This document shows, piece by piece, positions 30,753-43,900 of a stretch of 64,000 bases of DNA. The stretch spans positions 62,001 to 126,000 of the forward strand of contig CM022671.1 of NCBI GenBank assembly GCA_012295275.1, given 5' to 3'. Each line of letters begins with the position of its first letter. Positions within the stretch are counted from its first letter, which is position 1. Position numbers and translations under genes: made by a program. The notes under the pieces were generated by a model. That model was not told where the DNA came from, did not search any database, and worked only from the letters and a program-made list of their open reading frames with translations. Source of the DNA: Chrysomallon squamiferum (taxonomy: Eukaryota > Animalia > Mollusca).

Positions 30753-31261
30753 GTTTGTGCAATCAGGTCACGGGTTTAAATTCTTCCCCAGCCAGCACTT
30801 TGTGATTAAATTCCTTCTCGTTAAACTAAAGAACATCACTTCTGACAGTGGAAATCCCAGACGTAGCAAAACATACCAATTACTCTGCAGAAAATATTCC
30901 TAGCCAGGTCCCCTTTTATTAATTAATCGTAACTGGGTCGACAGAACGTTGCAGTGCAATTCAGAACAGAACTGTATCAGTTTTTGTGATATATTGTATG
31001 ACCTATTTATACTGTTTCCAGGGGCTGAACAAAGCTTTTTAGAAAAATATTTTTTTATTTTTTTATTTTTTTTTATTATTGTGATGGATATAATTTTTAT
31101 GATGAAATAACTTAAAGAAAGAAAAAATGTAATAAATAAATTATATAAAATAAATAAATTAATTAAAAAATAAGAATTTTGGAAGAATAAAATGTAGTCG
31201 GTCTATGAATATTGGATACATACGTTCTTATTTTTGAAGATTATTACCATTGTTGTTGTTT

Positions 31262-31316
<55 letters not shown>

Positions 31317-32436
31317 TACTATTTGTAAATAAACAAATAAATAAATAAAATCTTGTTCATTTTTGGACTGTTTATTTCGGGTTTATTTTTTTATTGTTTT
31401 TCTTTTCTTTTTTTGGCAATTCTGAGATTTCTTTATTTTCTTTATTATTTATGAACACTTTCTACCTTTCATCTTTCTTCTTTTCATTTATTTTCTGTTC
31501 ACTATCTTTCTTTTTTCTTTTACTTTTTCTTCGTACTTCCGTATCGTACATAATTCAGTCAGCAAGGGAATTTGATGTTAAAAAGTAAAAATAACAATGG
31601 TTTCTAAACCATGAAACCTGACCGAAATATATCGGGTTATTGATTAAATGTTATTAGTGAAAATTAAGTAATGTACTTTTTCGTTATGTCCTTTATTTAC
31701 TGGGGTGTATAACAGCTACAACTACAAATACAGCAACATATACAGCATCATCAACGAGAACAACAACAGTAACAACAGCATCAATAATATTATGAAGAAA
31801 AGAAAGAAAAAGAAAATGAAGAATGTGAAAGGAACAACAACAACAGGGACTATGCAACAAAATATTAATAATAATTTTTGAGATACGACATACTTGAAAA
31901 CAGGCCACAGGAAGTTGTTTTCTTCCCCCCCCCTTTCTGGTTAACCTTACGAGAGATATTCTGCTCCAAAACTGGAGATTTTAATAGTTTGTAAGCCCGT
32001 GTTTAAGACTGTCGATGAAATGTCACTGTTAATTATTGGATGCACGCTGAAATGACGGCAACTTACATCTTGTTCGGTGAACGAAACACGTCATAATTCT
32101 TTCATGTTGATAACAAGCGGGTTCCTGTCGCTGCTTAGGGAACACAAATAATGATGAGGGGAATTTTGTCACAGACAGTACTGAAATGCCTTTCTGAAAT
32201 TGCTGTAAGTGATGAAAAGCTAATAAATTAATAAATACAAATAAAATGTATATATCTAATAAGAAGATGGGGGAAATCAGAAGGTTATTGAACATTCTCT
32301 CCTTGAAATGAATACATTATTTTATTTTATTTTATCTTATTTATCTCTTATATTCATCAGAAGTATTTTTTCTTCTTTTTTTTTCTCGAAAAGAAAATAC
32401 TATCTTTCTAATACTGGCGCAAGCAATAAACGGTCA

Positions 32437-32541
32437 GGACATACATACATAAATACATACACACATACATATACACATATACATATATATATAAATACAT
32501 ACATACATTCATACATACTACATACACACATATACACATAC

Positions 32542-32576
<35 letters not shown>

Positions 32577-32985
32577 CATACATACATACATTCATACATA
32601 CTACATACACACATATACATATACACATATACATATATATATAAATACATACATACATTCATACATACTACATACACACATATACATATACATATACATA
32701 CATACATACATACATACATTCATACATACATATATACACATATATACACATACACATATACATATACTATACCTACATACATACATTCATACTACATACA
32801 CACATATAAACATATACATATACATACATACATACATTCATACATACTACATACACACATATACACATATACATATATATATAAATACATACATACATTC
32901 ATACATACTACATATACACATACACATATACATATACCTACATACATACATTCATACATACTACATACACACATACACACATATG
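32437..32985. repeat. Compound (CATA)/(CATATA) low-complexity repeat with larger internal duplications
   Basis: Directly visible; ATATATATATAAATACATACATACATTCATACATACTAC recurs three times. Confidence 0.9.
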
Positions 32986-33521
32986 TACAACCAGACGTTA
33001 TAAATGAACGAAACAAAAAATGGAAGAAAATACTCATAAGCAACAAAGAGATTTTTTTTAAATTGTATTGTTTTATTTTTTCTTTGTTCATGTATTTATT
33101 TTTTAATATATATTGCTAAATATTAAATACATGTACTGACAGCCCTTAACAAAATTCATAAATATCCTATCATCATCATATTGCTTTGTTAAGTTTTCTA
33201 GAAATAATAAAACTATATAGCTAATGAAATTAGGAAATTGGCAAAGGAACCTAAACCACAGATTCAGTAAAATTAATTAAATTTACCTTTTGTTCATACC
33301 GACAGAGAGTCTATATTCTACAAACTTCCAAGTTGTGCTTTATTTATTTATTTATTTTTGTCGTCTGATCTTAATTAGTAACGAAATATAACAATAAAGG
33401 AGTACAGTGTAAACATATCTAGGTGACATAATCGCGTATCTTCTTGAACGATTTGTTCTAAAATTTCGTTTAATGTTTTTCTGAAGAAAATGTACGGCTA
33501 TCAGACCACCCGTGTACGCGA

Positions 33522-33547
33522 TGACGTCACGATTACATTTATAAATA
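33522..33547. promoter_or_regulatory. Full CRE (TGACGTCA) next to a TATA-like element; candidate PPIL2 promoter
   Basis: TGACGTCA at 33522-33529 and TATAAATA at 33540-33547 lie in a locally CpG-containing patch about 1.15 kb upstream of the PPIL2 ATG. Confidence 0.4.
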
Positions 33548-34700
33548 GGGCAAATTGGCGGTTTTTAGATGTTTAAAAATAGAATAGAAAAAATATAAGG
33601 AAAATAAATCGAGCTTCGACAAAATCTTAAAATAACTTTACAGCAAGAAACTGGAGAGCTCTGAAATAACTCATTACTGAACTTGTAATATAATTTAGAG
33701 TTATATTCCTCAAAGCTTTGCTTTAAACAAATTCGATGCAGCCACAGCAAATTGAATAGTGTGCGGATAAAATAACTTTATTATAGCATTACGTTCTATT
33801 TTCAGTATTAATAGCGTTATGCAACCTTCGTCGTCTTTCTTGCCAGTAACACAGTAAAATAATGTTGTTAAAATAATATTCAGAATATGCAGGATCGATC
33901 CTCTTTGGTGGATGTTACGTAGAATTCAAAGATAGCGCATACTACAATAAAATAAGGTAATACATACCATTTGCATAGTTATGGCTAGATGGAGAGATCT
34001 TGTGAAACAATTAATTAAAAATAGTATTAATGAAACATAATAATATAAATTTAAATTAAATTAACAAAAATAAAATAAATAATGAACAAAAAAACAAACA
34101 ACAACACAAAATAAACAAACAATAAATAAATAAATATTTACAAATCAAGTAATAAATAAGAATTTGCTTTCTTTAACATTCAAGATTAACAATAACAAGA
34201 ATGATGATTATAATAATAGTAATTACTACTACTAGGTACAACTGTTGTTACTATTACTACTACTACTAATAATAATACTACTGTTACTTCCACTGTTATT
34301 ACAGTAATGTCTACAGCTCATGATTCTGACTTAGAAATTTACATAAATTGTACCAGTTTGTGCCAACAGAAACGTCCTCCGACCTTGTTCTTGAATTATT
34401 GATGTGCCTTGCGAAATTAACTCCATAGACCGATGTGATGACACAGTATATAAAGAAAATACTGTGTAGAGATAGAAAAATAAATGTTTTATGAAAAACA
34501 ATATGTGAACTTAATCCAGATTTACATTTCGACTATGTTGCGAATTTGCTTACTATTACATATTTTACCTGAGTATTCGGCTCAAACAGTATCTTAATGT
34601 TAAACTGTGTTAGTATAATGTATTACGCCTCCAAACGTTGGAACAGTGAATTCTTTATTATTGTAGTTCAGTTGATTCTGAGTTTTATTTATTGTTCAAA

Positions 34701-35558
34701 ATGGGCAAAAAGCAACATCAAAAGGACAAATTGTGAGTTGTAATACATGTTAAATAAATGTATATGGACAGATGATTAGGTGACCATAAATAATGCGATT
34801 GCAGGCTTAAACCTGGTAATTTCATGCAGTTTGATGAGATACTCGGACTGTCAGTTCTGTTGGGTTTGTCAGAAATCTCGAATAAAGAAAAGTATTTAAA
34901 ATGCTCTACCAACATTTCGTCATGAATTATGAGCATGATGTATATAAAGTCATTAAGTAGAATAAATAGGAAAAAAATAGGAATAGTTAATTAGACATGT
35001 TAGGATCATATGCCATTCCACTGGCATTTAAAATGCCATTTCAACATCAATTTTTACTCTAGTATTATTATTAATAATACATCAGATCAGTTTTGTCCTA
35101 GAACAATATTTATAAATAATTATTTGTTCTTTTTAAAACAACAGTAAGATACTAAGAACAATAGTAACAAAACAAATACAAAAAAACAACTAAAAGAAAC
35201 AATTAGTAAAAACAAAACAGCATCATCTCCAACCGGATCATAATAATTGTTATAAAATGAAATTTATATAAATTTATAGTGTACTTCATCAGACTGTTCT
35301 TACACTCTTTTTTTCTTAATTGCAAGGTATTACATTCATTATTCATTAATTTATTCTTGATGCATATAAAATATTAACTATGGGCTATTTATAAGCCATT
35401 GCATACCTCTCCTATTATGTCCATATCAATACATAATCTACATACTATTGTTTACTGAGAGAAAAATAAAAGAATAAATTATATATAACTTTAAACAAAT
35501 AATTACGTCTTAAATTACTGCAGCAGTAATTATATATATATATAATTTGTTGCAGTAA

Positions 35559-35608
<50 letters not shown>

Positions 35609-37114
35609 TGATTAATTAATTATTCATTAATATTATTTAATAAATTCAGATACCTTACTACATCAGAGTGGAAGAGTGAGTGGGGTGGATACAAAGGAAC
35701 TCAAAACACAGGACAGCATGCAAGATTCCGAAGACTTCCTTTCCATTGCTGCAGGTAAATCAAATTCTTTATTTTTTTTTTTATTTTTTTTTTAAATCTG
35801 CATTTATGGAATTCTTTAATTTAATTTGTTAAATACAGTTTATATCAATGAGTATTTTTATAAAAAAATTGTTTACTAATACCTCATTGTTTTCATAAAA
35901 TCTTGGTATATACTATTTTAATAAAGTTATTAAATGTATTTAATATTGATTTTTATTTAAATTAAATTACAGATAAAAAAATTGTATGTGCACTGGATAT
36001 TCTGTATTAACAACATTTGATCTTTTAATTTTTAAATTTCAATTTCAGTATTTCCATGCAGCCATTTGAAAATCCCCTGTGTACAAAGGATGGTGTCATT
36101 TTTGATCTCATGTGAGTTGTAATTTCAAGATGAAAAATGTGTGAACATTGTCTTCAAATAGTAAATCTAATTTAACTGCCTAATTTAAGCAGATCCTTCT
36201 AATTATTTCATTAGCTATATATATTAAATGAATAAATTAAAACGTCTCTTAACATTGTCTCTATTTTACTCATTTACTCTCTCTGTGTGTCTGTCTCTCT
36301 GAAAGTTATAATCTACTTCTGCCCACATCCAAAATCCATTTTCTGTCTTAGGAATATCTAGAAAAATTATTACAGAAAACAATCATACTTTATGTAATTT
36401 AAAATCAATTTAGATGTCTCAGTCAGATATTTGTTTTTAACTAATGTGTCTAGACAACATTAATCTGAGAATATATAAAATTCGTTTTAATAATGTAATA
36501 GTAGAGTAATTTTGTTAATGCATCTTGTATCTTGTAATATAGCTTTGATGCTAATTTTGTGAAGCTGCTCATTAATATTTTACTGAAGTATCCCAAATCA
36601 GTGAAGTGAATTTTCTGTTTTGTTTGTTTCTTGATTTGCTCCAGTATATTAGTTGTGTGCTGTGTTTATGTTTCTTTTAGTTTGTGAACAGCATGGTAGT
36701 CTCCTCTTTATGCACACTAATATCAAAAATCCTGACAGACTGAGTAAATCATTTGAAACGTTTGTTATTTACCTCAATCTGTCTTTTGAAATAATTGTTT
36801 GTATAAAGTGATACCAGGAAAAGAATTGAAACACACTGATAATGCATTCAAATGAAACTGAAACTTTATTATTAGCAAATGTTTATTTGATATTACACAA
36901 ATATATCTAGGTTATAGATGTTTACCATCACATGATTGGGTTTTAATTTTATTTTAATTTTTATTGATTGATTGTTTCAGGAATATTGTTCCCTTCTTGA
37001 AAAAATATGGAATAAATCCTGCAACGGGAGAGGTAAAAATTTTATTCAGGAATACTTGTTATCACAAACTTCTGGAGTTTTGTTAATTATTTTAAATTTC
37101 TTCAGATGAAATTA

Positions 37115-37162
<48 letters not shown>

Positions 37163-38458
37163 AACATTCATTTTCTCATGTTATGTAATTTTATTAATAT
37201 TTGCTAATATGTATAAAATAAATAAATAAAAAAAATATAAAGCTATTAATGGAATGTTGGACAATTACCTTATAATTATATTGGATACTCAGAATTATAT
37301 TTCATTTTAATTATTTTAAACTGTTATTTTTAAATTAATTTTATCTTAACTCTTTATTTCATATTGATCTTAAAACAACATAATCAGCTACAGAAAATTG
37401 CATTATTATTATAGCATTATTCTCCTAAATGTAATGAAGACTTTATTATTAATATCGTTATGTTCTAATCTTTTCTTGTTTTCTTTTAATTATTTTTGTT
37501 TTTCTTTCAGAAAATGAGTGCAAAAGATCTGATCAAACTAACATTCCATAAAAATTCAGAAGGTAATTATAACACACACACACATAAACAAAACAAATTT
37601 CAATTATGCATATAAAAAAACTTTGTATTCAGAATGGTTTTTACTGATCTTAAAAAATATTTTAAATAAATATTGACTGATCATTAAATCATGGCTTCCA
37701 TTATCAAGTAAATATTTATCATTATGCATAAATAATATAAATTAATTTAGCAAAGAGAGAATACTGTTATTATTTATTTATTTGTCTTACAGGAAAATAC
37801 CATTGTCCAGTAACCTACAAAGTGTTTAATGAAAACTCCAACATTGTAGCAATCAGACAGACAGGTCATGTCTATGCTCAGGAGGTAACGAGAAAAAGAT
37901 TTGTGTAAAATTCTCTAGCTGTATCTAAAGGGGAACTAATCCATCATACACACATTCTATTTTTTGTTTTGCTATTAGATATTTATCCTTTATATATATA
38001 TATATATTTATTTATTTATTTATTTACAGATATCTTGGTCTTTTATTGTATAAATTTAACTTTATAAACAATAGTTTCATAAAAGTAGCACAACCTTTTG
38101 TGACATACTGGGTCTGTCTTTGGATAGACACTGTTTTAGTTTTAACAAATGTTATCCAGAGCATAATTTTTTATATCTGTTAAAAGAAATTGTCAGTTTG
38201 CAACCATTAATAGCAGAAGTTAATTTTTTCTCCAAACTAACTTGCTTATTTAAATAGAAATTTAAATACAATAGCCAATTTTAAAAATGAAAATGAAAAG
38301 AAAAGTAACTGTTTATATATATCTTATGTTTCTTTGTTTATTTATTAATTTATTTTTAATAAGGCTGTGGAAAGGTTGAATTTGAAAGTGAACAACTTGA
38401 AAGATCTGATAACAGAGGAACCATTCACAAGAAAAGATGTTATTACAATTCAGGTAAA

Positions 38459-38498
<40 letters not shown>

Positions 38499-40760
38499 TG
38501 GTCTTTTATTATATCAGTTTAACAAAAAAAATTGTAAAGTTTTTAAAGATATTTTATCTGAATTTTTTGTATTATTACATGGTCTAAATGTGCATATGAT
38601 TTGATTTTGACTAAACAGAAAATAATTTGTGTACAATAATAACATTCATACTAAGTATTCTTTATTGAAATCTTTTCTTTCACTTTTGAAATATAGTTTA
38701 TCATATACTGGTAATGAAATTTATTTATTTTTCTTTTATTCAGGATCCAACCCAACTTGAGAAATTTAACCTCGCCAACTTTTATCATGTGAAAAATAAT
38801 CTGAAAGTTTTAGATGAAGGTTTGTATATCGGTATAATCATCAAACGTGCATGTGTATATGCATACACAAAGTCTGAGGATGTTGGTTATAAGTTTACAA
38901 GTTTACTTGGAATAACAGTTTTGAGTAATATTAGTTTAACAAGAAAACTGAAAAACACAAAGTTGGATTCATACATTAAATAGTTTGTATTTTATTATAA
39001 ATTTCTCCAAGAAAAAGAAAAAATTAATTAATTAGTCTTTCTTTAACCAAAACATTAAAAACATTTTATAATAATAATTATTAGATTGATAAATTAAGTG
39101 AGTCCTGTTATTTAACAATCGATTTTCTTTATGTTGAAATAAACATTATTATCAAGAGAATGGATTATGTTATTGCAGAAGAGGAAGAAGCAAAGAAAGA
39201 CCCAAGATTTCACTTAAAAACTATTAACAATGTCACAAAAGAAGCTCTTGATGAGTTAGAGAGAGATTACAAACCATCCACCATTTTAGTGAGTAAAAAA
39301 ATCAGGTTATAATTTGAGGGCATCAGTATTTATGGTAAAATATATTACAGAATGGTAAATTAAATGTTTTTGTTGTAATATATACATTTTCAAATTTGAA
39401 AAGATGACTAATTTTTAATTATGCAGTCTTCATAGTAAGTAGGTAAGTAATTTTTATTTAATTTATTGTAAGTCCAAAAATAAAACAAACAATGGTTTAG
39501 AGTGACATTTCAATATATATGTGGATGTCAGTAATATGTAAACATAAAATTAATAACTGATATAATTATATAAATAAAATAAAGCTGTATTATATTTTGT
39601 AATTAATTCAGCTATATCAGCATATGATATTAAAATTACAATCTTAATAATTTTTATTCTCTTTCTGGGTGTTTCTTTATTTTAATTAACTTGCAGTTTA
39701 CATTATCTGTTTTGTGTTTTGTCTGTACCATGACATTCTGTTATTGTGAAAATTCTATTTCATCAGATTCATAAATACAGCATGAGGTAAATTATTTTTG
39801 ACATATTTTGCATTTATTCATGTTGATTTATTCTCCTATGAAAAAGAAGAGAAAAAAAATAACATGACAACAGTGATTTATAATCAGAAAGGTTAATGTT
39901 TTAAAAGATTTATTTTTTTTCTCAATTTTCAGGAAGACCACAAAACAGATAAAAGGAAATTAGACAAATTCAATGCAGTAAGTATTAACATTTTATTTTA
40001 GTTCTTAATTATTAATTTTTTAACTATTTTAATTAAAAAAACATGATATAACCAGAATGAAAAGTTTCTGTGAACAAAAATTGTTGTGAATTAACTCATA
40101 CCAAAATTTAAAAAATAATAATAATAAATAGAAATGATTCTTTTTTTTCTTTATTTCTGATTAAAAAATAATAAAAAATAATAATAAATAGAAACGATTC
40201 TTTTTTTTCTTTTTTTCTGATTAAAAAATAATAAAAAAATAAAGGGAATAATTTATATAAAAACATTTATATTTTTTCAAATATCATCAGTTTAGAAATA
40301 GTGCATTTACAATGTTTTTGTTTATTTATAGATTGTTTGTCTTTCTAGAATATAATTTTAATTGCAGTGGTTATAAATAATTAGAGAAATATAACTTTTA
40401 AGGTTCATCTAAAACAAACAACAGCATAAAAAATAACATGAAATGGAATTAAATAAAATAACGAATTTTTGAAAAGTATTAACTTGTGTTTTAGGCTACA
40501 TATTCAACAGGAGCTGTAGCTGCTTCATTCACATCAACAGCAATGGATCGGCATACAGAACAGGAAGCAGGTGAGTCTCCCCTTCTACCACTACTATCAT
40601 CTCCAACTACTACTACTACTACAAGAACTTGTTATTATTAATAATGCTACCACCATTGCTCTGTACAATCTCCTCCTACTACTATTACTACTACCGCAAC
40701 AACAATTATTACTACAACAACTACTGCTTAACTGCTGCTTCTACTACTATCATCATCATC

Positions 40761-40795
<35 letters not shown>

Positions 40796-40865
40796 TAGTA
40801 TTATTATTATTATTATTGTTATTATATTTGTTATTATTATTATTATTGTTTTGTTATTGTTATTA

Positions 40866-40900
<35 letters not shown>

Positions 40901-43900
40901 GTTATTATTATTATTATTGTTGTTGTTATTGTTATTGTTATTGTTATTATGTTTAGTCAGTAGATACATCTCATTTCAGCCATGGTTGATGAGGATGAGT
41001 TGAGATACGAGCGTGTTAAAAAGAAAGGTTATGTTCGGATGGTCACTAACAAGGGACTTCTTAACCTGGAGCTTCACTGTGAGATGGTAATTCATTAATA
41101 ATTATTGATATTATTATTGTTGTTGTTGTCATTGTTGTTAAAATGACAATAAAGACATGAATAACAAAGAAAGAAAAAGTATATTTTTTGGTATTGTTAT
41201 TATTATTTTTTATTAATAATTTGCAACGTGTGAAGAGTTTAGAATTGGTATTGTCTAATGGAAATAACATCTTAGAAATATTTCTGTTGACATATTATAA
41301 GCAGTAAAAAAAATAAAATAAAAAAAATGACAACTGAATTAATTTTAAACAAAAATAATATATATTAATATAATTTCCCAAATAAAAATGTTTTTAATGT
41401 TAGATATTCATTATCAAAAACTTCTCTAGAAATAATTTTGGTACATAAATTATTTTAAAACTTTAAATCACAGGGATTTGAGAAGACTTGTTAAATATTT
41501 TGATCTCTGCAAAGGAGTGTTTATGTTTTTAAAATTTCAGATACCAAAGGCTTGTGAAAATTTTATCAAACTTTGTTCCCAAGGTTACTATAATGGAACA
41601 ATTTTTCATCGATCAATTAAAAACTTCATTGTAAGTATCTTTTTAATTTATTTTATTTTATTTTATTTTATATTTTTTTAAATTTTTTTGTTTATTATGA
41701 GTCATTAGAAAATAACATGTATTTAATTTTCTGTACTACTTGGTCTTTTAGGATTTATTATTATTTTTTTTTTAATTTGAAAATATTTCTGGTAGTAAAT
41801 GTTACGAAGCTGTGTATAAATATTTGTTTATTGTTTTGTCAGTAGAGTAAATTATTATTATTTTTTTTTTCTAAATTTAAACTTTTCATCACATACTGAC
41901 TTATATTCTGAAATAAAATATAAAAAATGTTTTTTAATTCTTTTTTTTATTTTTCATTCTTGATAATTCCAGATACAAGGAGGAGACCCAACTGGAACAG
42001 GAAAAGGTAAACATTTTTTTTTATTACTGCTGTTCTTTTGTTATTTGTTATAATTGCAGTGATTTTACTGATTTAAAAGAAAACAATGTTATAAGTAGTT
42101 TATTGCAAGAATAAAATTCTGAAACATTAATAAAATACATCCAACTGTGTAAAAACAACTAGTGCCGCTAAATTCTTAACATGTGGAATGTCGTTTGTTG
42201 ATGATCTTTCTTTTATAAGAAGTTCATTGTTAGAATAAAATTATGAGATATTAATATAATATATGTCTGACAGTGGGTGTATAACATCCCTGATGTGTTA
42301 TTGGTTGCTGATAAGAATAATCTTAGGTATACTGCCATCGGTTCTTTCTTAGAAGCATTACAGAATGTTACTGACATAATGGATAATATAAAGATATGTT
42401 TGGAACTTTTTTTAAAAATCTTCATTAATTTCATATTGGTTTAGCTATTGTGTCAATAGAAGTTTCTGTGCTAGTTAAAAGGTTTTGTAAAATAATTGTG
42501 GTTTTACAGGTGGTGACTCAGCGTTTGGAGGTCCATTCAAAGACCACTTCAAACCTAATCTGACTCACACAGGCCGAGGAGTTCTTAGTATGGCCAACAG
42601 TGGGCCCAACACTAACAAGTCTCAGTTGTAAGTTCAAACTTAAAAATAACAATTACCTACATAGATGTTAATATTACATATATTCATGATTCAACTTACT
42701 ATGGCCAACAGTGGGCCCAACACTAACAAGTCTCAGTTGTAAGTTCAAACTTAAAAATAACAATTACCTACATAGATGTTAATATTACATATATTCATGA
42801 TTCAACTTACTATGGCCAACAGTGGCGCTGACACAATTAAAAATAACCATTACTTCTGTAAACGTTATATTAAATGTACAAGATTAAACTCAGTTGTGCT
42901 AACATTAACAAGTAAACAATAAAAAATAACCATTACTTCTGTAAACGTTATATTAAATATACAAGATTAAACTCAGTTGTGCTAACATTAACAAGTAAAC
43001 AATAAAAAATAACCATTACTTCTGTAAACGTTATATTAAATGTACAAGATTAAACTCAGTTGTGCTAACATTAACAAGTAAACAATAAAAAATAACCATT
43101 ACTTCTGTAAACGTTATATTAAATGTACAAGATTAAACTCAGAGGTGCTAACATTAACAAGTGTCAATTGTAAGTAAATTGTTTAATTTAAAAATGTATT
43201 TGCTATACACAAGTAATATATGTTTTCAAGGTTTAACTTAGTATGGCAAACAGTGACTTAACATTAACATATTTCATTTGTTAGTAAATACAATAGTAGT
43301 GTTATGTACATCCTAAAGTGTCATATATACGGGTGAATATAACATTTAAATATCAAAAAGAATCAACATTTATTCTGGAGCATAGGTACAGTTTTGTACC
43401 AGCTTCCCACTTTTATTTTGAGGTATAATATAATAATCAGTAAACCATTGTTTATAATTACATTTTTTCTTTTTCAGTTTTTTCACATACAGATCAGCTA
43501 GACATCTTGATGGAAAACACACAGTATTTGGAAGGTCAGTGACGTTTAACAAATATTTACAATTTACACACAGTTAAGTAACTGATCCATTCTGTAATTT
43601 AACAGGAACAATCATGTTCTGTACCTTGATTTAGCTATTTCCTAATCCAGCAAGTTGTTCCAGAACAATTAACTAGACACAAATAGAAAGCACACTGTGT
43701 TTTGAAGGTTTATATAGTAGCAGTTTTTTTTAAGTTTATGGTTCTGCAACACAAGAGAAGTCATCATAGCAGAAGTTAGTTATTTCAGTGTCCAACCAGC
43801 AAACCACACCTGTCATACAAAAAGGTCTATCATCAGTTGTTTTTTTCTTTTGAAAAATGCATGGTACAAATTTTTTTTTTTCTTTTTTTTTTTTGCGTGT

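Noticed and set aside
32308-33003. 231-aa His/Thr/Tyr/Ile-rich ORF
   Set aside because: It is a translation of the CATA/CATATA low-complexity repeat.
38361-38363. AAG acceptors at PPIL2 exons 7 and 19 (38361-38363, 44994-44996) as non-canonical splicing
   Set aside because: They are still GT-AG introns. AAG is a less common but normal acceptor, and the reading frame is preserved.
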